Of a stretch of DNA of 64,000 bases, positions 27,115 through 35,965 are shown piece after piece (the first letter of the stretch is position 1; each line of letters begins with the position of its first letter). This DNA is from Acutalibacteraceae bacterium (GTDB lineage: Bacteria > Bacillota > Clostridia > Oscillospirales > Acutalibacteraceae): contig JAZRPW010000038.1 in the NCBI GenBank assembly GCA_045649405.1, positions 13,442 to 77,441 of the forward strand, read 5' to 3'. The position numbers were made by a program, and so were the translations under genes. The notes beneath the pieces were generated by a model. That model did not search any database, was not told where the DNA came from, and saw nothing but the letters and a program-made list of their open reading frames with translations.

Positions 27115-28008
27115 TTAATCCAACCCAAGCCCATGAATAATGCTATTTGATGTTCGCCAATTTTCTTTAACTTTAACCCAAAGTTTAAGATTAACTTTAA
27201 TCTCGAAAAAGTTTTCAAGGTCGTGGCGAGCCATTGTACCAATCTTTTTAAGTGTTTGACCACCTTTGCCAATAACAATACCTTTGTGGCTTTGTCTTTC
27301 GCAGTAAATTGCCGCATCGATATCAAGAATGTCTGCCATCTCACGTTCTGCAAAACGCTCAATATCAACGGCAATGCCGTGTGGCACTTCCTTATCAAGA
27401 CAACGAAGCAACTTTTCTCTAATCATCTCTGCAGTGATAACACGCTCTGGTTGGTCAGTGAAAGAGTTTTCATCGAAAAAGTGAACAGATGGCACTGCAA
27501 ACTTTTCAAGTTCTTCAAGCAAAACATCAAGCCCATCTTTTGTTTTTGCGCTAACAGGCACAACTGCTTGAAAGTCAAACAAATCTGTGTAATTTTTAAT
27601 AATTTCAAAAAGTTCTTCTTTGTCTTTAAGCAAGTCAACCTTGTTAATTGCCAAAACTGCTTTCAAATTTCTCTTTTTAAATTTAGCAATAAGTTCTTCT
27701 TCTGCAGGTGTAATTTTAGTGTTTGCTTCAACCACCAAAAGACAACAGTCAACATCTGCCATACCTTCATTGACGGCTTTTACCATATATTCGCCTAAAG
27801 TGTTTTTAGGTTTGTGAAGGCCAGGTGTGTCAATGAAAACAAGTTGCATTTCATCTTTTGTAATAATACCTGAAATTTTTGTTCTGGTTGTTTGTGGCTT
27901 GTCAGAAACAATGGCAATTTTTTGACCAATAATTTTGTTCAAAATTGAAGATTTGCCAACGTTTGGTTTGCCAACAATAGCAATAAATGCAGATGTAGTT
28001 TTGCTCAT
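27115..28008 (-). CDS. era: GTPase Era
   Basis: GKPNVGKSSILN G1 motif, DTPG, NKVD and a KH C-terminal domain. Confidence 0.95.
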   Translation of the reverse strand: MSKTTSAFIAIVGKPNVGKSSILNKIIGQKIAIVSDKPQTTRTKISGIITKDEMQLVFIDTPGLHKPKNTLGEYMVKAVNEGMADVDCCLLVVEANTKITPAEEELIAKFKKRNLKAVLAINKVDLLKDKEELFEIIKNYTDLFDFQAVVPVSAKTKDGLDVLLEELEKFAVPSVHFFDENSFTDQPERVITAEMIREKLLRCLDKEVPHGIAVDIERFAEREMADILDIDAAIYCERQSHKGIVIGKGGQTLKKIGTMARHDLENFFEIKVNLKLWVKVKENWRTSNSIIHGLGLD

Positions 28009-28017
28009 AAATACTCC

Positions 28018-28503
28018 TTAAGCCAAATCTCTTGGTTGCCCAACAAGATTCATAACTTCTTCTTCTTTTTCACGCATTGTTGCGGCTTCAATGCCACCGT
28101 TTACATGGTCATAACCTAAAAGGTGAAGCATTGAGTGGGTTGTAAGAAAACCAAGTTCTCTTCTAATTGAGTGGTCATATTCTTCTGCTTGTACAACTGC
28201 ACGCTCAACAGAAATAACCACGTCGCCAAGCATTTTAAAGTTTGTTTCTGGGTTTACTGGATAATCGCCGTCTTCACCAAGAGGGAAAGAAAGCACATCA
28301 GTAGCTTTATCAATGTTGCGGAAGTTTTTGTTTAATTCGTGAATTCTTTCGTTGTCAACAAAAGTAATATTAACTTCATATTCGCCAACTAAATTTTCAA
28401 CCTTTGCAACTGCATTGCAACATCTTCTAAGTAAAATTCTAATTCCTGTTGGAATTTTAACCTTTTTCTGTTCGTTTGAAATAATAACCTTAACCTTGTC
28501 CAT
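28018..28503 (-). CDS. ybeY: rRNA maturation endoribonuclease YbeY
   Basis: HSMLHLLGYDH zinc motif. Confidence 0.93.
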   Translation of the reverse strand: MDKVKVIISNEQKKVKIPTGIRILLRRCCNAVAKVENLVGEYEVNITFVDNERIHELNKNFRNIDKATDVLSFPLGEDGDYPVNPETNFKMLGDVVISVERAVVQAEEYDHSIRRELGFLTTHSMLHLLGYDHVNGGIEAATMREKEEEVMNLVGQPRDLA

Positions 28504-28515
28504 TTTTGCCGTTCC

Positions 28516-29493
28516 TTATTTGTAATTCTTATTTCTTTTTTGTTCTTCGGCCTTTTCATAAGCTTTTACAATAGATTGCACAAGTTTGTGCCTTACAACG
28601 TCTTTTTCAGTGAGTTTAACTGTTTGAATATCATCAAGATTTTTCAAAATCCTAATAGCATCGTTAAGTCCTGAAGGCTTGCCGTCTGGCAAGTCGATTT
28701 GGGTGTTGTCGCCCGTAACAATCATTTTTGAATTAAATCCAAGACGAGTCAAAAACATTTTCATTTGTTCTTTTGTTGTGTTTTGCGCCTCATCAAGAAT
28801 AATAAAAGAATCATCAAGTGTTCTACCACGCATGTAAGCAAGTGGAGCAACCTCAATTGCGCCTTTTTCATGAAGTCGTGCAAATGTTTCAGCACCAAAC
28901 ATATCAAAAAGCGCGTCATAAAGTGGTCGCAAATAAGGGTCAACCTTTTGTTGTAAATCGCCTGGTAAAAAGCCCAACTTTTCGCCCGCCTCAACTGCAG
29001 GTCTTGTCAAAATAATGCGAGTAATTTTCTTTTCTTTAAACGCTCTAACTGCCGCAGCCACTGCAAGATAAGTTTTACCAGTACCTGCAGGACCAACGCC
29101 AATTACAATTGTGTTGTTTTCAATTGCCTCAACATATTTTTTCTGCCCCAAAGTTTTTGGCTTGATTGGTTTGCCACTTACTGTAACAGCAACGCAAGTT
29201 TTATCAGTAATCTCATACAAACTTTCGTCTTCGCCATCACGAATAAGCGAAATAATATAACCAATGTTTTGGTCTGTCAAAGTTTCCCCGCGTGACAAAA
29301 ACATAATCATATTTTTAACGGTTTTAATTGCGTTTTCAATTGTTTTTTCGTCGCCGGCAAACTTTAATTTCCCATCACGGTAGGTAATAGAAACACCAAA
29401 TTCTTTTTCAACAATTCTAATATTTTCATCATAGCTGCCAAAAAGCCCACTAACAAGCTCGGCATCATCAATTTGCAAGTGTTTTTCAATCAC
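28516..29493 (-). CDS. phoH: PhoH-family ATPase (PhoH/YbeZ)
   Basis: GPAGTGKTYLA Walker A and FIILDEAQN. GTG start. Confidence 0.9.
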   Translation of the reverse strand: MIEKHLQIDDAELVSGLFGSYDENIRIVEKEFGVSITYRDGKLKFAGDEKTIENAIKTVKNMIMFLSRGETLTDQNIGYIISLIRDGEDESLYEITDKTCVAVTVSGKPIKPKTLGQKKYVEAIENNTIVIGVGPAGTGKTYLAVAAAVRAFKEKKITRIILTRPAVEAGEKLGFLPGDLQQKVDPYLRPLYDALFDMFGAETFARLHEKGAIEVAPLAYMRGRTLDDSFIILDEAQNTTKEQMKMFLTRLGFNSKMIVTGDNTQIDLPDGKPSGLNDAIRILKNLDDIQTVKLTEKDVVRHKLVQSIVKAYEKAEEQKRNKNYK

Positions 29494-29600
29494 TAAATTG
29501 CATCTCCAATTATATATTTTTATAATCGATTTATTATAACATATTATTTTGATTTTGTCATTATAATATTAAAACTTTTTTAAAATATTTTCAAAAAGAA

Positions 29601-29630
29601 AACGGCCATCTCAAAAAAGAGATAGCCGTT
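29601..29630 (-). terminator. Rho-independent terminator downstream of hppA
   Basis: Imperfect hairpin aacggccatctc/gagatagccgtt, with a T run on the minus strand. Confidence 0.7.
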
Positions 29631-29648
29631 AAAATTTTTCAGTTTAAA

Positions 29649-31724
29649 TTAAAGAATACTAAATGCTACAACGAGTGCTGCAAAAACGATTGAAACCATT
29701 GATAAAAGTTTAATCAAAATGTTAATTGCAGGACCTGAAGTATCTTTGAATGGGTCACCAACTGTGTCACCAACAACAGCTGCTTTGTGGTTGTCTGAAC
29801 CTTTACCACCGTGAACGCCACTTTCAATATACTTTTTAGCATTGTCCCAAGCACCACCAGAGTTTGACATAAATACTGCCATCAAGAAACCTGAAACAGT
29901 AGCACCAGCAAGCATACCAACAACGCCTGTGCAACCCAAAATCATACCAACTGCAACTGGAACAACAACTGCAACAATGGTAGGAAGAACCATTTCTTTC
30001 AAACTTGATTTTGTGCAAAGGTCAACGCATTTAGCATAATCAGCTTCAGCTTTGCCGTCCATAAGACCAGTAATTTCTTTGAACTGACGACGAACTTCTT
30101 TAACAACGCTTTGCGCTGCACGACCAACAGATTCCATTGTGAGTGCTGCAAAAACGAATGGCAAGCATGCACCAATAAACAAACCAATAAGAACAGTTGG
30201 GTTTGTGATTGACAAGTCAGCAATTGCTTCTTTACCGCCTTCAATTGATTTGATTTTGTCAATATAAGAAACCATCAAAGCAAGAGCAGTCAAAGCAGCT
30301 GAACCAATAGCAAAACCTTTGCCTGTTGCCGCTGTTGTGTTGCCAAGTGAGTCAAGAGCATCAGTTCTTTCACGAACTTCTTTCTCAAGACCAGCCATTT
30401 CAGCAATACCACCAGCATTATCAGCAACTGGACCATAAGCATCAGTAGCAAGTGTAATACCGAGTGTTGAAAGCATACCAACGGCTGCCAAAGCAATACC
30501 GTACAAACCTTGAGCACCGCCACCAGAAACAAAGAATGAAACCAAAACGCAAATTGCAACAATAACAATTGGAAGAGCGGTTGAAAGCATACCAAGTGAA
30601 ATACCTGAAATAATGATTGTCGCAGAGCCGGTTTCAGAAGAAGCAGCAAGTTTTTTGGTTGGTTTATAAGAATCAGATGTGAAGTATTCTGTAGCTTGAC
30701 CAATCAAAACACCAGCAACAAGACCAGAAATAATTGGAATATACATTGTCCAGTTTTCAGCACCCAAAATAAAATAAACAAGTGGGAATGAAATAACTGC
30801 AATCAAAATTGCTGAGAAGTTAGTACCACGGCTTAAAGCTTTCAAAAGATTCTTTTGAGAAGCGCCTTCTTGTGTTCTAACCAAAGCAGTACCAAAGATT
30901 GAGCAAACAATACCAATTGCCGCAATAAGCATTGGTAAAGCCATTGCAGTAACAGAGTGGAAAGCAGAAACACCAAGTGCTGCTGCAGAAATAATACTAC
31001 CAACATAAGACTCATAAAGGTCAGCGCCCATACCAGCAACGTCACCAACGTTGTCACCAACGTTATCAGCAATAACAGCTGGGTTTCTTGGGTCATCTTC
31101 AGGAATGCCTGCTTCTACTTTACCAACAAGGTCAGCACCAACGTCTGCCGCTTTTGTGAAAATACCACCGCCAACACGAGCAAAAAGTGCCATTGAAGAA
31201 GCACCCATACCGAATGTAAGCATTGCAGAAGTAATTTCTTCAGGAGACAAGTGGAAAACAAATTTCAATAAGAAGAACCAAATTGAAATATCAAGAAGTC
31301 CAAGACCAACCACAGTAAAGCCCATAACAGAGCCAGCTGAAAAAGCAACTCTAAGACCTTTGTTCAAGCCTTCTCTACAAGCGTTAGCAGTACGAGCATT
31401 TGACAAAGTAGCAATCTTCATGCCAATAAAACCTGAAAGGGCAGAGCAGAAACCACCTGTAATAAATGCGAATGGCACATAGAATGTCAAAAGGTTGAAC
31501 ACTGCCATTACTGTGAGAATTACAAAGAGTACAGCAAAGAAAACAATAACAATTGCGTATTGGCGTTTCAAATAAGCGTTAGCGCCTGCACGAATTGATT
31601 GCGAAATTTTCTGCATTTTGTCAGTACCCTCAGAGAATTTCAATACTTTTTTAGCGGTAAAAATTGCGTATAAAAGAGCGATTACCGCACCTACAAAAGT
31701 TGCAATAACTAAATATCTTTCCAT
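29649..31724 (-). CDS. hppA: Membrane-bound ion-translocating pyrophosphatase
   Basis: 691 aa, ~16 TM helices, with the motifs GGGIFTKAADVGADLVGK, DNVGDNVGD and GDTVGDPFKDT. Confidence 0.95.
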   Translation of the reverse strand: MERYLVIATFVGAVIALLYAIFTAKKVLKFSEGTDKMQKISQSIRAGANAYLKRQYAIVIVFFAVLFVILTVMAVFNLLTFYVPFAFITGGFCSALSGFIGMKIATLSNARTANACREGLNKGLRVAFSAGSVMGFTVVGLGLLDISIWFFLLKFVFHLSPEEITSAMLTFGMGASSMALFARVGGGIFTKAADVGADLVGKVEAGIPEDDPRNPAVIADNVGDNVGDVAGMGADLYESYVGSIISAAALGVSAFHSVTAMALPMLIAAIGIVCSIFGTALVRTQEGASQKNLLKALSRGTNFSAILIAVISFPLVYFILGAENWTMYIPIISGLVAGVLIGQATEYFTSDSYKPTKKLAASSETGSATIIISGISLGMLSTALPIVIVAICVLVSFFVSGGGAQGLYGIALAAVGMLSTLGITLATDAYGPVADNAGGIAEMAGLEKEVRERTDALDSLGNTTAATGKGFAIGSAALTALALMVSYIDKIKSIEGGKEAIADLSITNPTVLIGLFIGACLPFVFAALTMESVGRAAQSVVKEVRRQFKEITGLMDGKAEADYAKCVDLCTKSSLKEMVLPTIVAVVVPVAVGMILGCTGVVGMLAGATVSGFLMAVFMSNSGGAWDNAKKYIESGVHGGKGSDNHKAAVVGDTVGDPFKDTSGPAINILIKLLSMVSIVFAALVVAFSIL

Positions 31725-31755
31725 AGTTTATTTCCTTTCAAAAATGGTACCTTAC

Positions 31756-31784
31756 ATTATAAACTAACTTTTTTAAAAAGTCAA
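31756..31784 (-). promoter_or_regulatory. Sigma-A-type promoter for hppA (TTGACT-17-TATAAT on the minus strand)
   Basis: The reverse complement of 31779..31784 is TTGACT and of 31756..31761 is TATAAT, with a 17-nt spacer. Confidence 0.7.
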
Positions 31785-31817
31785 TACAATAAAGCCAAAA
31801 TATTGTTGAAATATTAA

Positions 31818-32990
31818 CTATTTAAGAATGTTTTTAGTGCTTGCAATGTTTTCTTCGCAAATAAAGACTTTTGTAAACAAAATCCCACTGTTTTTGACAT
31901 CAAAATTTTCATATTCAACAGACTTAATTGTGTCTTTGAGTGTCTGTTTTGATTTTTCATTCATTTTCTTAATTGCCAACACTTTTGCAGTTTCTTGGTT
32001 TAAAACCATCTTTTCATAGCGATAAGTTTTGAAAAATGCAGTGGTTTTTGAAAAGGGTAATTCCACACCCAAAAATGAGTAATTTTTTATTTTGTGTTTT
32101 GAAATATAAGGACGTTTGACTTCGCCAAAAAACAGCGGAATTTTAATGTTGGCAATGTTAAAAACAGAGCGCTTTTTGGTGGTTTCATCAAAAACTTTTT
32201 GCTTGTAATTAAAAGGCACAAAAACCGTGAGTTTATGCCGTGTTTGCGCAATAACTTCGGCGTTTGAATGAACAAATTTCGTCGCTTTGTTGGTAAGTTC
32301 AATTGCACCTGAAACCAACAAATCTCCCTTTGCCACCGCCTCGCCAATTTTAACACTAACCCTGCCGGAATATGCTTTGATTTTCAAAATTTTGCCGTCT
32401 GTTTTAGCAACAATATTGCAGGGCTTTTTTGTGTTTTTTGTGGCTTGTTTTTTCTCGGTTTTAATTAGTTCAACATCAACAAAACACCCTTTAATATTAA
32501 AAGCAGCCCAAGAAAATTCGGGGTTTTCAATCAAAAAAATCTGCCTTGTTTTTTCTGTGTCAATTTCGCTTATCTTTCTGCCAAGGTAAATGCCAGTTTT
32601 GCTCAAAGAATTTAAAACTTTTTCTTTGTTTATTTCCTTGTCACAAACAAGTGAAATGTTCAAACAAAGCCCGGAAAGATAAAACAGTAAAAAGAAAAAC
32701 AAAACAACTCCAACAGGAATTCCATATCTAAAACGATATCTTCTTATCAAAAAGGGAAGACCACATCGTTTTGTAACTTTAAGTCGCATACAAGATTTTT
32801 TGGCTAAAGTTTTAATTTTTTTATAGTCTTTTGCATACATTTTTCCGCTCAAATCGTTAACATTTGCCTTTGCTTCCCAAACCAAAATGTTGTTTTTTGC
32901 GCAAAGATTCAAAAATCTTTCAGGAAAAACACCGTTGCCATAAAAATGCACATAGCCAGTAATGTTTTTGAAAAGGTTAAGCATAAACAT
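31818..32990 (-). CDS. yqfD: Sporulation protein YqfD
   Basis: ~390 aa. N-terminus GYVHFYGNGVFPERFLNL.., central TM helix, directly downstream of yqfC as in other sporeformers. Confidence 0.85.
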   Translation of the reverse strand: MFMLNLFKNITGYVHFYGNGVFPERFLNLCAKNNILVWEAKANVNDLSGKMYAKDYKKIKTLAKKSCMRLKVTKRCGLPFLIRRYRFRYGIPVGVVLFFFLLFYLSGLCLNISLVCDKEINKEKVLNSLSKTGIYLGRKISEIDTEKTRQIFLIENPEFSWAAFNIKGCFVDVELIKTEKKQATKNTKKPCNIVAKTDGKILKIKAYSGRVSVKIGEAVAKGDLLVSGAIELTNKATKFVHSNAEVIAQTRHKLTVFVPFNYKQKVFDETTKKRSVFNIANIKIPLFFGEVKRPYISKHKIKNYSFLGVELPFSKTTAFFKTYRYEKMVLNQETAKVLAIKKMNEKSKQTLKDTIKSVEYENFDVKNSGILFTKVFICEENIASTKNILK

Positions 32991-33002
32991 TACTAAACAC
33001 CT

Positions 33003-33323
33003 CTAATCTTGAAATTCAATCTTTTGAAATTGCCCAGAAATACAAGCAGTTTCGGTTGTCAAACTGTCAAGTTTTAAATTAGCACCAAAAAATGCAACAA
33101 CCCCTGAATTTGTGTTGATTTTAATTTCGGTTTCGCTATATTGCAAAATTGTGCATTTGCAGTCAATTAAAGCAGATTCGTTTGACTGCAATTCAATTCT
33201 CGCACCGCTTAAAGCTCCGCTTGGCAATTCAAGATATCTGTTAATAATGTTTTTCTTGCTCTTCTTTTCAGACAAAAAACCACCCCAAATAAATTTATGA
33301 ATTAAAGGATTGTTTGATGACAA
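33003..33323 (-). CDS. yqfC: Sporulation protein YqfC (YabP/YqfC family); start uncertain
   Basis: LELPSGALSGARIELQSNESALIDCKCTILQYSETEIKI.. matches the YabP/YqfC fold pattern. The track start at 33323 is TTG. An internal TTG at 33275 after GGGGTGG would give a ~90-aa product of the usual size. Confidence 0.75.
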   Translation of the reverse strand: MSSNNPLIHKFIWGGFLSEKKSKKNIINRYLELPSGALSGARIELQSNESALIDCKCTILQYSETEIKINTNSGVVAFFGANLKLDSLTTETACISGQFQKIEFQD

Positions 33324-34369
33324 TGAAAAAGTTTAAAATTGCAATCGTTTTAATCGCCTTTGTCTTTGCCTTTGTTTTGCTTTTTGTGTGTTATGACTGC
33401 GTTGCAAAGGGCGTCACATCAGGACTTTATCTTTGTGGAAATGTCATTATTCCAACGCTTTTTCCACTGCTTTGTTTAAATTCATTTTTCATCAACACCG
33501 GTGTGGTTGAGTTTTTTCAAAAGCATTTCAATAAATTTTGCAAAAGGTTTTTCAATTTAAGTGGTTACTTTTTGCCAATCTTTTTAATAAGCATAATTTC
33601 AAGTTACCCAGTCGGCGCTTTTCTTTCAAACACGCTTTATGAAAATAAAAAAATCTCTCTTTTAGAGAGGAACAACATTGCTTTAATAAGTTGTAGCGCA
33701 GGGCCTTCTTTTGTTGTGCTTGCAGTTGGCGTTAACATTTTAAAGTCGTTTGAATGTGGCGTTTTGTTGCTTGTCTGTCACATTTTATCAAGTCTTACTG
33801 TTGCTGTGTTAATTTCAAGAAGATTTGAATTTAGTGGCAGTTTTTGTGCTAGCCAACAAAAAATATCCGTTTCAGATGCGTTAGTAAAAGGTGTTGCGGC
33901 TGGCTCAAATTCAATAATTTCAATCTGTGCTTACACAATTTTGTTTTCGGCAATAATCAATATTCTTTCAACATTTTTGCGTTTTACTCCAATGTTTTTG
34001 CCACTTGTTTGCACTCTCGAAGTAACAAACGCCTGTGTTGTTTTGAGCTTTGAAAATGCGTCGCTATCAGTAATTTGTGCAGTTTTGGGTTTTGGTGGAT
34101 TTTCAATAATTTTTCAGGTGTCATCAATGTTAAAGAACAACCGGCCACCATTGTTAAGACTAATTTTGGTGCGCATTTTTCACGCAGCAGTTTCATTTTT
34201 GTATTGTGAAATTGCCTTGAAGTTTTTTAAAATCACAATTCCGGTTTTAAAAAACACAACACCGGTTGCCAGTGTTTCAAGTAACAATATTCTATTTTCT
34301 TTAAGTTTAATTTTGCTGGCAATTGTATTTTTGAATTTTTTAAACAACTCAATAAAACAAGAAATTTAA
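33317..34369 (+). CDS. ylbJ: Sporulation integral membrane protein YlbJ-like (nucleoside-recognition/Gate domain family)
   Basis: GLYLCGNVIIPTLFPLLCLNSF.. and ..SSYPVGA.. patterns, ~8-10 TM helices. ATG at 33317 lies 7 nt after AAAGGA. Confidence 0.7.
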   Translation: MTMKKFKIAIVLIAFVFAFVLLFVCYDCVAKGVTSGLYLCGNVIIPTLFPLLCLNSFFINTGVVEFFQKHFNKFCKRFFNLSGYFLPIFLISIISSYPVGAFLSNTLYENKKISLLERNNIALISCSAGPSFVVLAVGVNILKSFECGVLLLVCHILSSLTVAVLISRRFEFSGSFCASQQKISVSDALVKGVAAGSNSIISICAYTILFSAIINILSTFLRFTPMFLPLVCTLEVTNACVVLSFENASLSVICAVLGFGGFSIIFQVSSMLKNNRPPLLRLILVRIFHAAVSFLYCEIALKFFKITIPVLKNTTPVASVSSNNILFSLSLILLAIVFLNFLNNSIKQEI

Positions 34370-34377
34370 AATAAAAG

Positions 34378-34406
34378 TAGATTTTTTGAAAAAAGTGTGT
34401 TAAAAT
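34378..34406 (+). promoter_or_regulatory. Promoter with extended -10 TGTGTTAAAAT; near-copy of the aconitase promoter module
   Basis: TAGATT-17-TAAAAT with TGTG-T upstream of the -10. It lies 31 nt upstream of the ATG at 34437. Confidence 0.5.
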
Positions 34407-34436
34407 GTATGTAACTTGTAAAAAGGGGGAGAGAAA

Positions 34437-34658
34437 ATGGCAAAAAAACTTTACGGTGCTAATATTGTGCCAATGTGTGCTTACTGTGCAAAAGGCGAAA
34501 TGTCAACAGATAAGAAAAATGTGCTTTGCACCAAAAAAGGCATTGTTGATGCTAGTTATTCTTGCAGAAGGTTTAAATATGACCCGTTGTTAAGAGTGCC
34601 AAAAATCCCTCAAGAAATTGAAAAGTTCACAATGGAAGATTTTAAAATTGAAGATTAA
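34437..34658 (+). CDS. Small Cys4 protein of unknown function
   Basis: RBS GGGGGAGAG. 73 aa with C14-x2-C17 ... C31 ... C43 (CAYC..C..C), a likely Zn ribbon. Confidence 0.6.
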   Translation: MAKKLYGANIVPMCAYCAKGEMSTDKKNVLCTKKGIVDASYSCRRFKYDPLLRVPKIPQEIEKFTMEDFKIED

Positions 34659-34670
34659 TTAGCAAAATAA

Positions 34671-34700
34671 AAAACGCTATCTCAAATGAGATAGCGTTTT
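34671..34700. terminator. Bidirectional rho-independent terminator
   Basis: Hairpin aaaacgctatctc-aaat-gagatagcgtttt between convergent genes. Confidence 0.88.
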
Positions 34701-34714
34701 GTTTTTTAAATCAA

Positions 34715-34978
34715 TTATTCAGCGAAACCTGACAAAACAAGGTTTACAAGTGATTCAGTTGCTTCTTCTTCATCAGAACCGTCAGCAATAATTCTAATTG
34801 AAGTACCGCCTAAAATACCTAATGAAAGAACGCCCAAAAGACTTTTAGCATTAACTCTTCTTTCTTCTTTTTCAACCCAAATTGAAGATTTGAATTCATT
34901 TGCTTTTTGAATAAAGAAAGTTGCTGGACGAGCATGAAGACCAACTTGGTTTTGAACAATTACATCTTTAACGCACAT
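34715..34978 (-). CDS. ptsH: Phosphocarrier protein HPr
   Basis: GLHARPA (His15 site) and NAKSLLGVLSLG (Ser46 site). ATG at 34978 follows AAAGGAA; the track start at 35017 adds 13 residues. Confidence 0.92.
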   Translation of the reverse strand: MCVKDVIVQNQVGLHARPATFFIQKANEFKSSIWVEKEERRVNAKSLLGVLSLGILGGTSIRIIADGSDEEEATESLVNLVLSGFAE

Positions 34979-35049
34979 ATTAAAATTTTCCTTTCGTGTC
35001 ATTAACTGTATCATCAATACAAAAAATAATCTACTAATATACTGTTGTT

Positions 35050-35077
35050 ATTATACCACATTTTATAAATAGGTCAA
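35050..35077 (-). promoter_or_regulatory. Proximal ptsH promoter (TTGACC-16-TATAAT with TGTGG extended -10)
   Basis: The reverse complement of 35072..35077 is TTGACC and of 35050..35055 is TATAAT. Confidence 0.65.
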
Positions 35078-35133
35078 TGACAAAAATGTCTTTTCAAAGT
35101 AAAATCTATTCTATATACAAACTGTCAAATTTT

Positions 35134-35163
35134 ATTATACCCACATTTGTTGAAAATGCACAA
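35134..35163 (-). promoter_or_regulatory. Distal ptsH promoter (-10 TATAAT with TGTGGG) overlapped by the 17-mer TTGTGCATTTTCAACAA
   Basis: The reverse complement of 35134..35139 is TATAAT. The reverse complement of 35147..35163 is TTGTGCATTTTCAACAA, which occupies the -35/spacer region. Confidence 0.5.
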
Positions 35164-35239
35164 AAAAATTGCCGAAATTACAACGAGTAGCACAGTAAAG
35201 AGTGTTGAAAACTTTTTATTTTGTCATTTTTTGTTGCGT

Positions 35240-35965
35240 TTATTGGTTATTTTTTATAAATTCAACATCTTGCTGTGAAAGATTTGCGCTTTCTAACATT
35301 TCAGGTCTCTTTTTTAGTGTATTCAAAAGACTTTGTTCGTGTTTATACTTTTCAATGTTTTTGTGGTGACCAGAAAGCAAAACTTCCGGCACTTCTCTGT
35401 CTTGCCAAACTGCAGGACGGGTGTATTGTGGGTGCTCTAAAAGCCCATTAAAATGGCTTTCTTCGGTAAAACACTCTTCGCTTGAAAGCACACCATCAAC
35501 CATTCGGGCCATCGCATCAGTAAGCACAAGGGCAGGCAATTCGCCGCCTGTTAAAACATAATCTCCAATTGAAATTTCTTCATCACAAAGTTTGTCAAGC
35601 ACACGTTGGTCAACGCCTTCATAATGCCCACACAAAAGCACAATGTTGTCCATTTTTGAAAGTTCAATTGCCTTTTGTTGTGTTAAAGTTTTGCCCTGTG
35701 GCGACATATAAATGAAATGTGGCTTTTGTCCAATTTCTTCAACAATGTGGTTATAACAGTCATCAATAGGTTGCGCAGTCATAACCATTCCCATTCCACC
35801 ACCATAAGGCATTTCATCGGTTTTTTTATGCTTGTCAATTGAAAAATCTCTGATATTGTGGCATTTAACGGTAATTGCACCGCTTTGTCTTGCTCTGCCA
35901 ATAATGCTTTCATCTAAATAAGCATTCATCATATCAGGGAAGATAGTCATAATATCAATTCTCAT
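35240..35965 (-). CDS. trmD: tRNA (guanine37-N1)-methyltransferase
   Basis: MRIDIMTIFPDM N-terminus and the LLCGHYEGVDQR motif. ATG at 35965; the track start at 35971 is TTG. Overlaps the rimM end. Confidence 0.93.
   Translation of the reverse strand: MRIDIMTIFPDMMNAYLDESIIGRARQSGAITVKCHNIRDFSIDKHKKTDEMPYGGGMGMVMTAQPIDDCYNHIVEEIGQKPHFIYMSPQGKTLTQQKAIELSKMDNIVLLCGHYEGVDQRVLDKLCDEEISIGDYVLTGGELPALVLTDAMARMVDGVLSSEECFTEESHFNGLLEHPQYTRPAVWQDREVPEVLLSGHHKNIEKYKHEQSLLNTLKKRPEMLESANLSQQDVEFIKNNQ

Noticed and set aside
29601-34700. Two terminators with similar cores (aacggccatctc..gagatagccgtt at 29601 and aacgctatctc..gagatagcgtt at 34671) as a dispersed repeat family
   Set aside because: There are only two copies, and they are short with different loops and flanks. 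This is most simply coincidental similarity among A/T-flanked terminator hairpins. A genome-wide count would be needed to say more.
35147-35163. The TTGTGCA-N3-TYAACAA sites as Rex operators (rex is in the window)
   Set aside because: As I recall them, Rex boxes are TTGTGAA-N4-TTCACAA or TTGTTAA-N4-TTAACAA, with a 4-nt centre and symmetric half-sites. These sites have a 3-nt centre and an asymmetric left half (TTGTGCA). They are kept as an unassigned motif rather than called as Rex sites.
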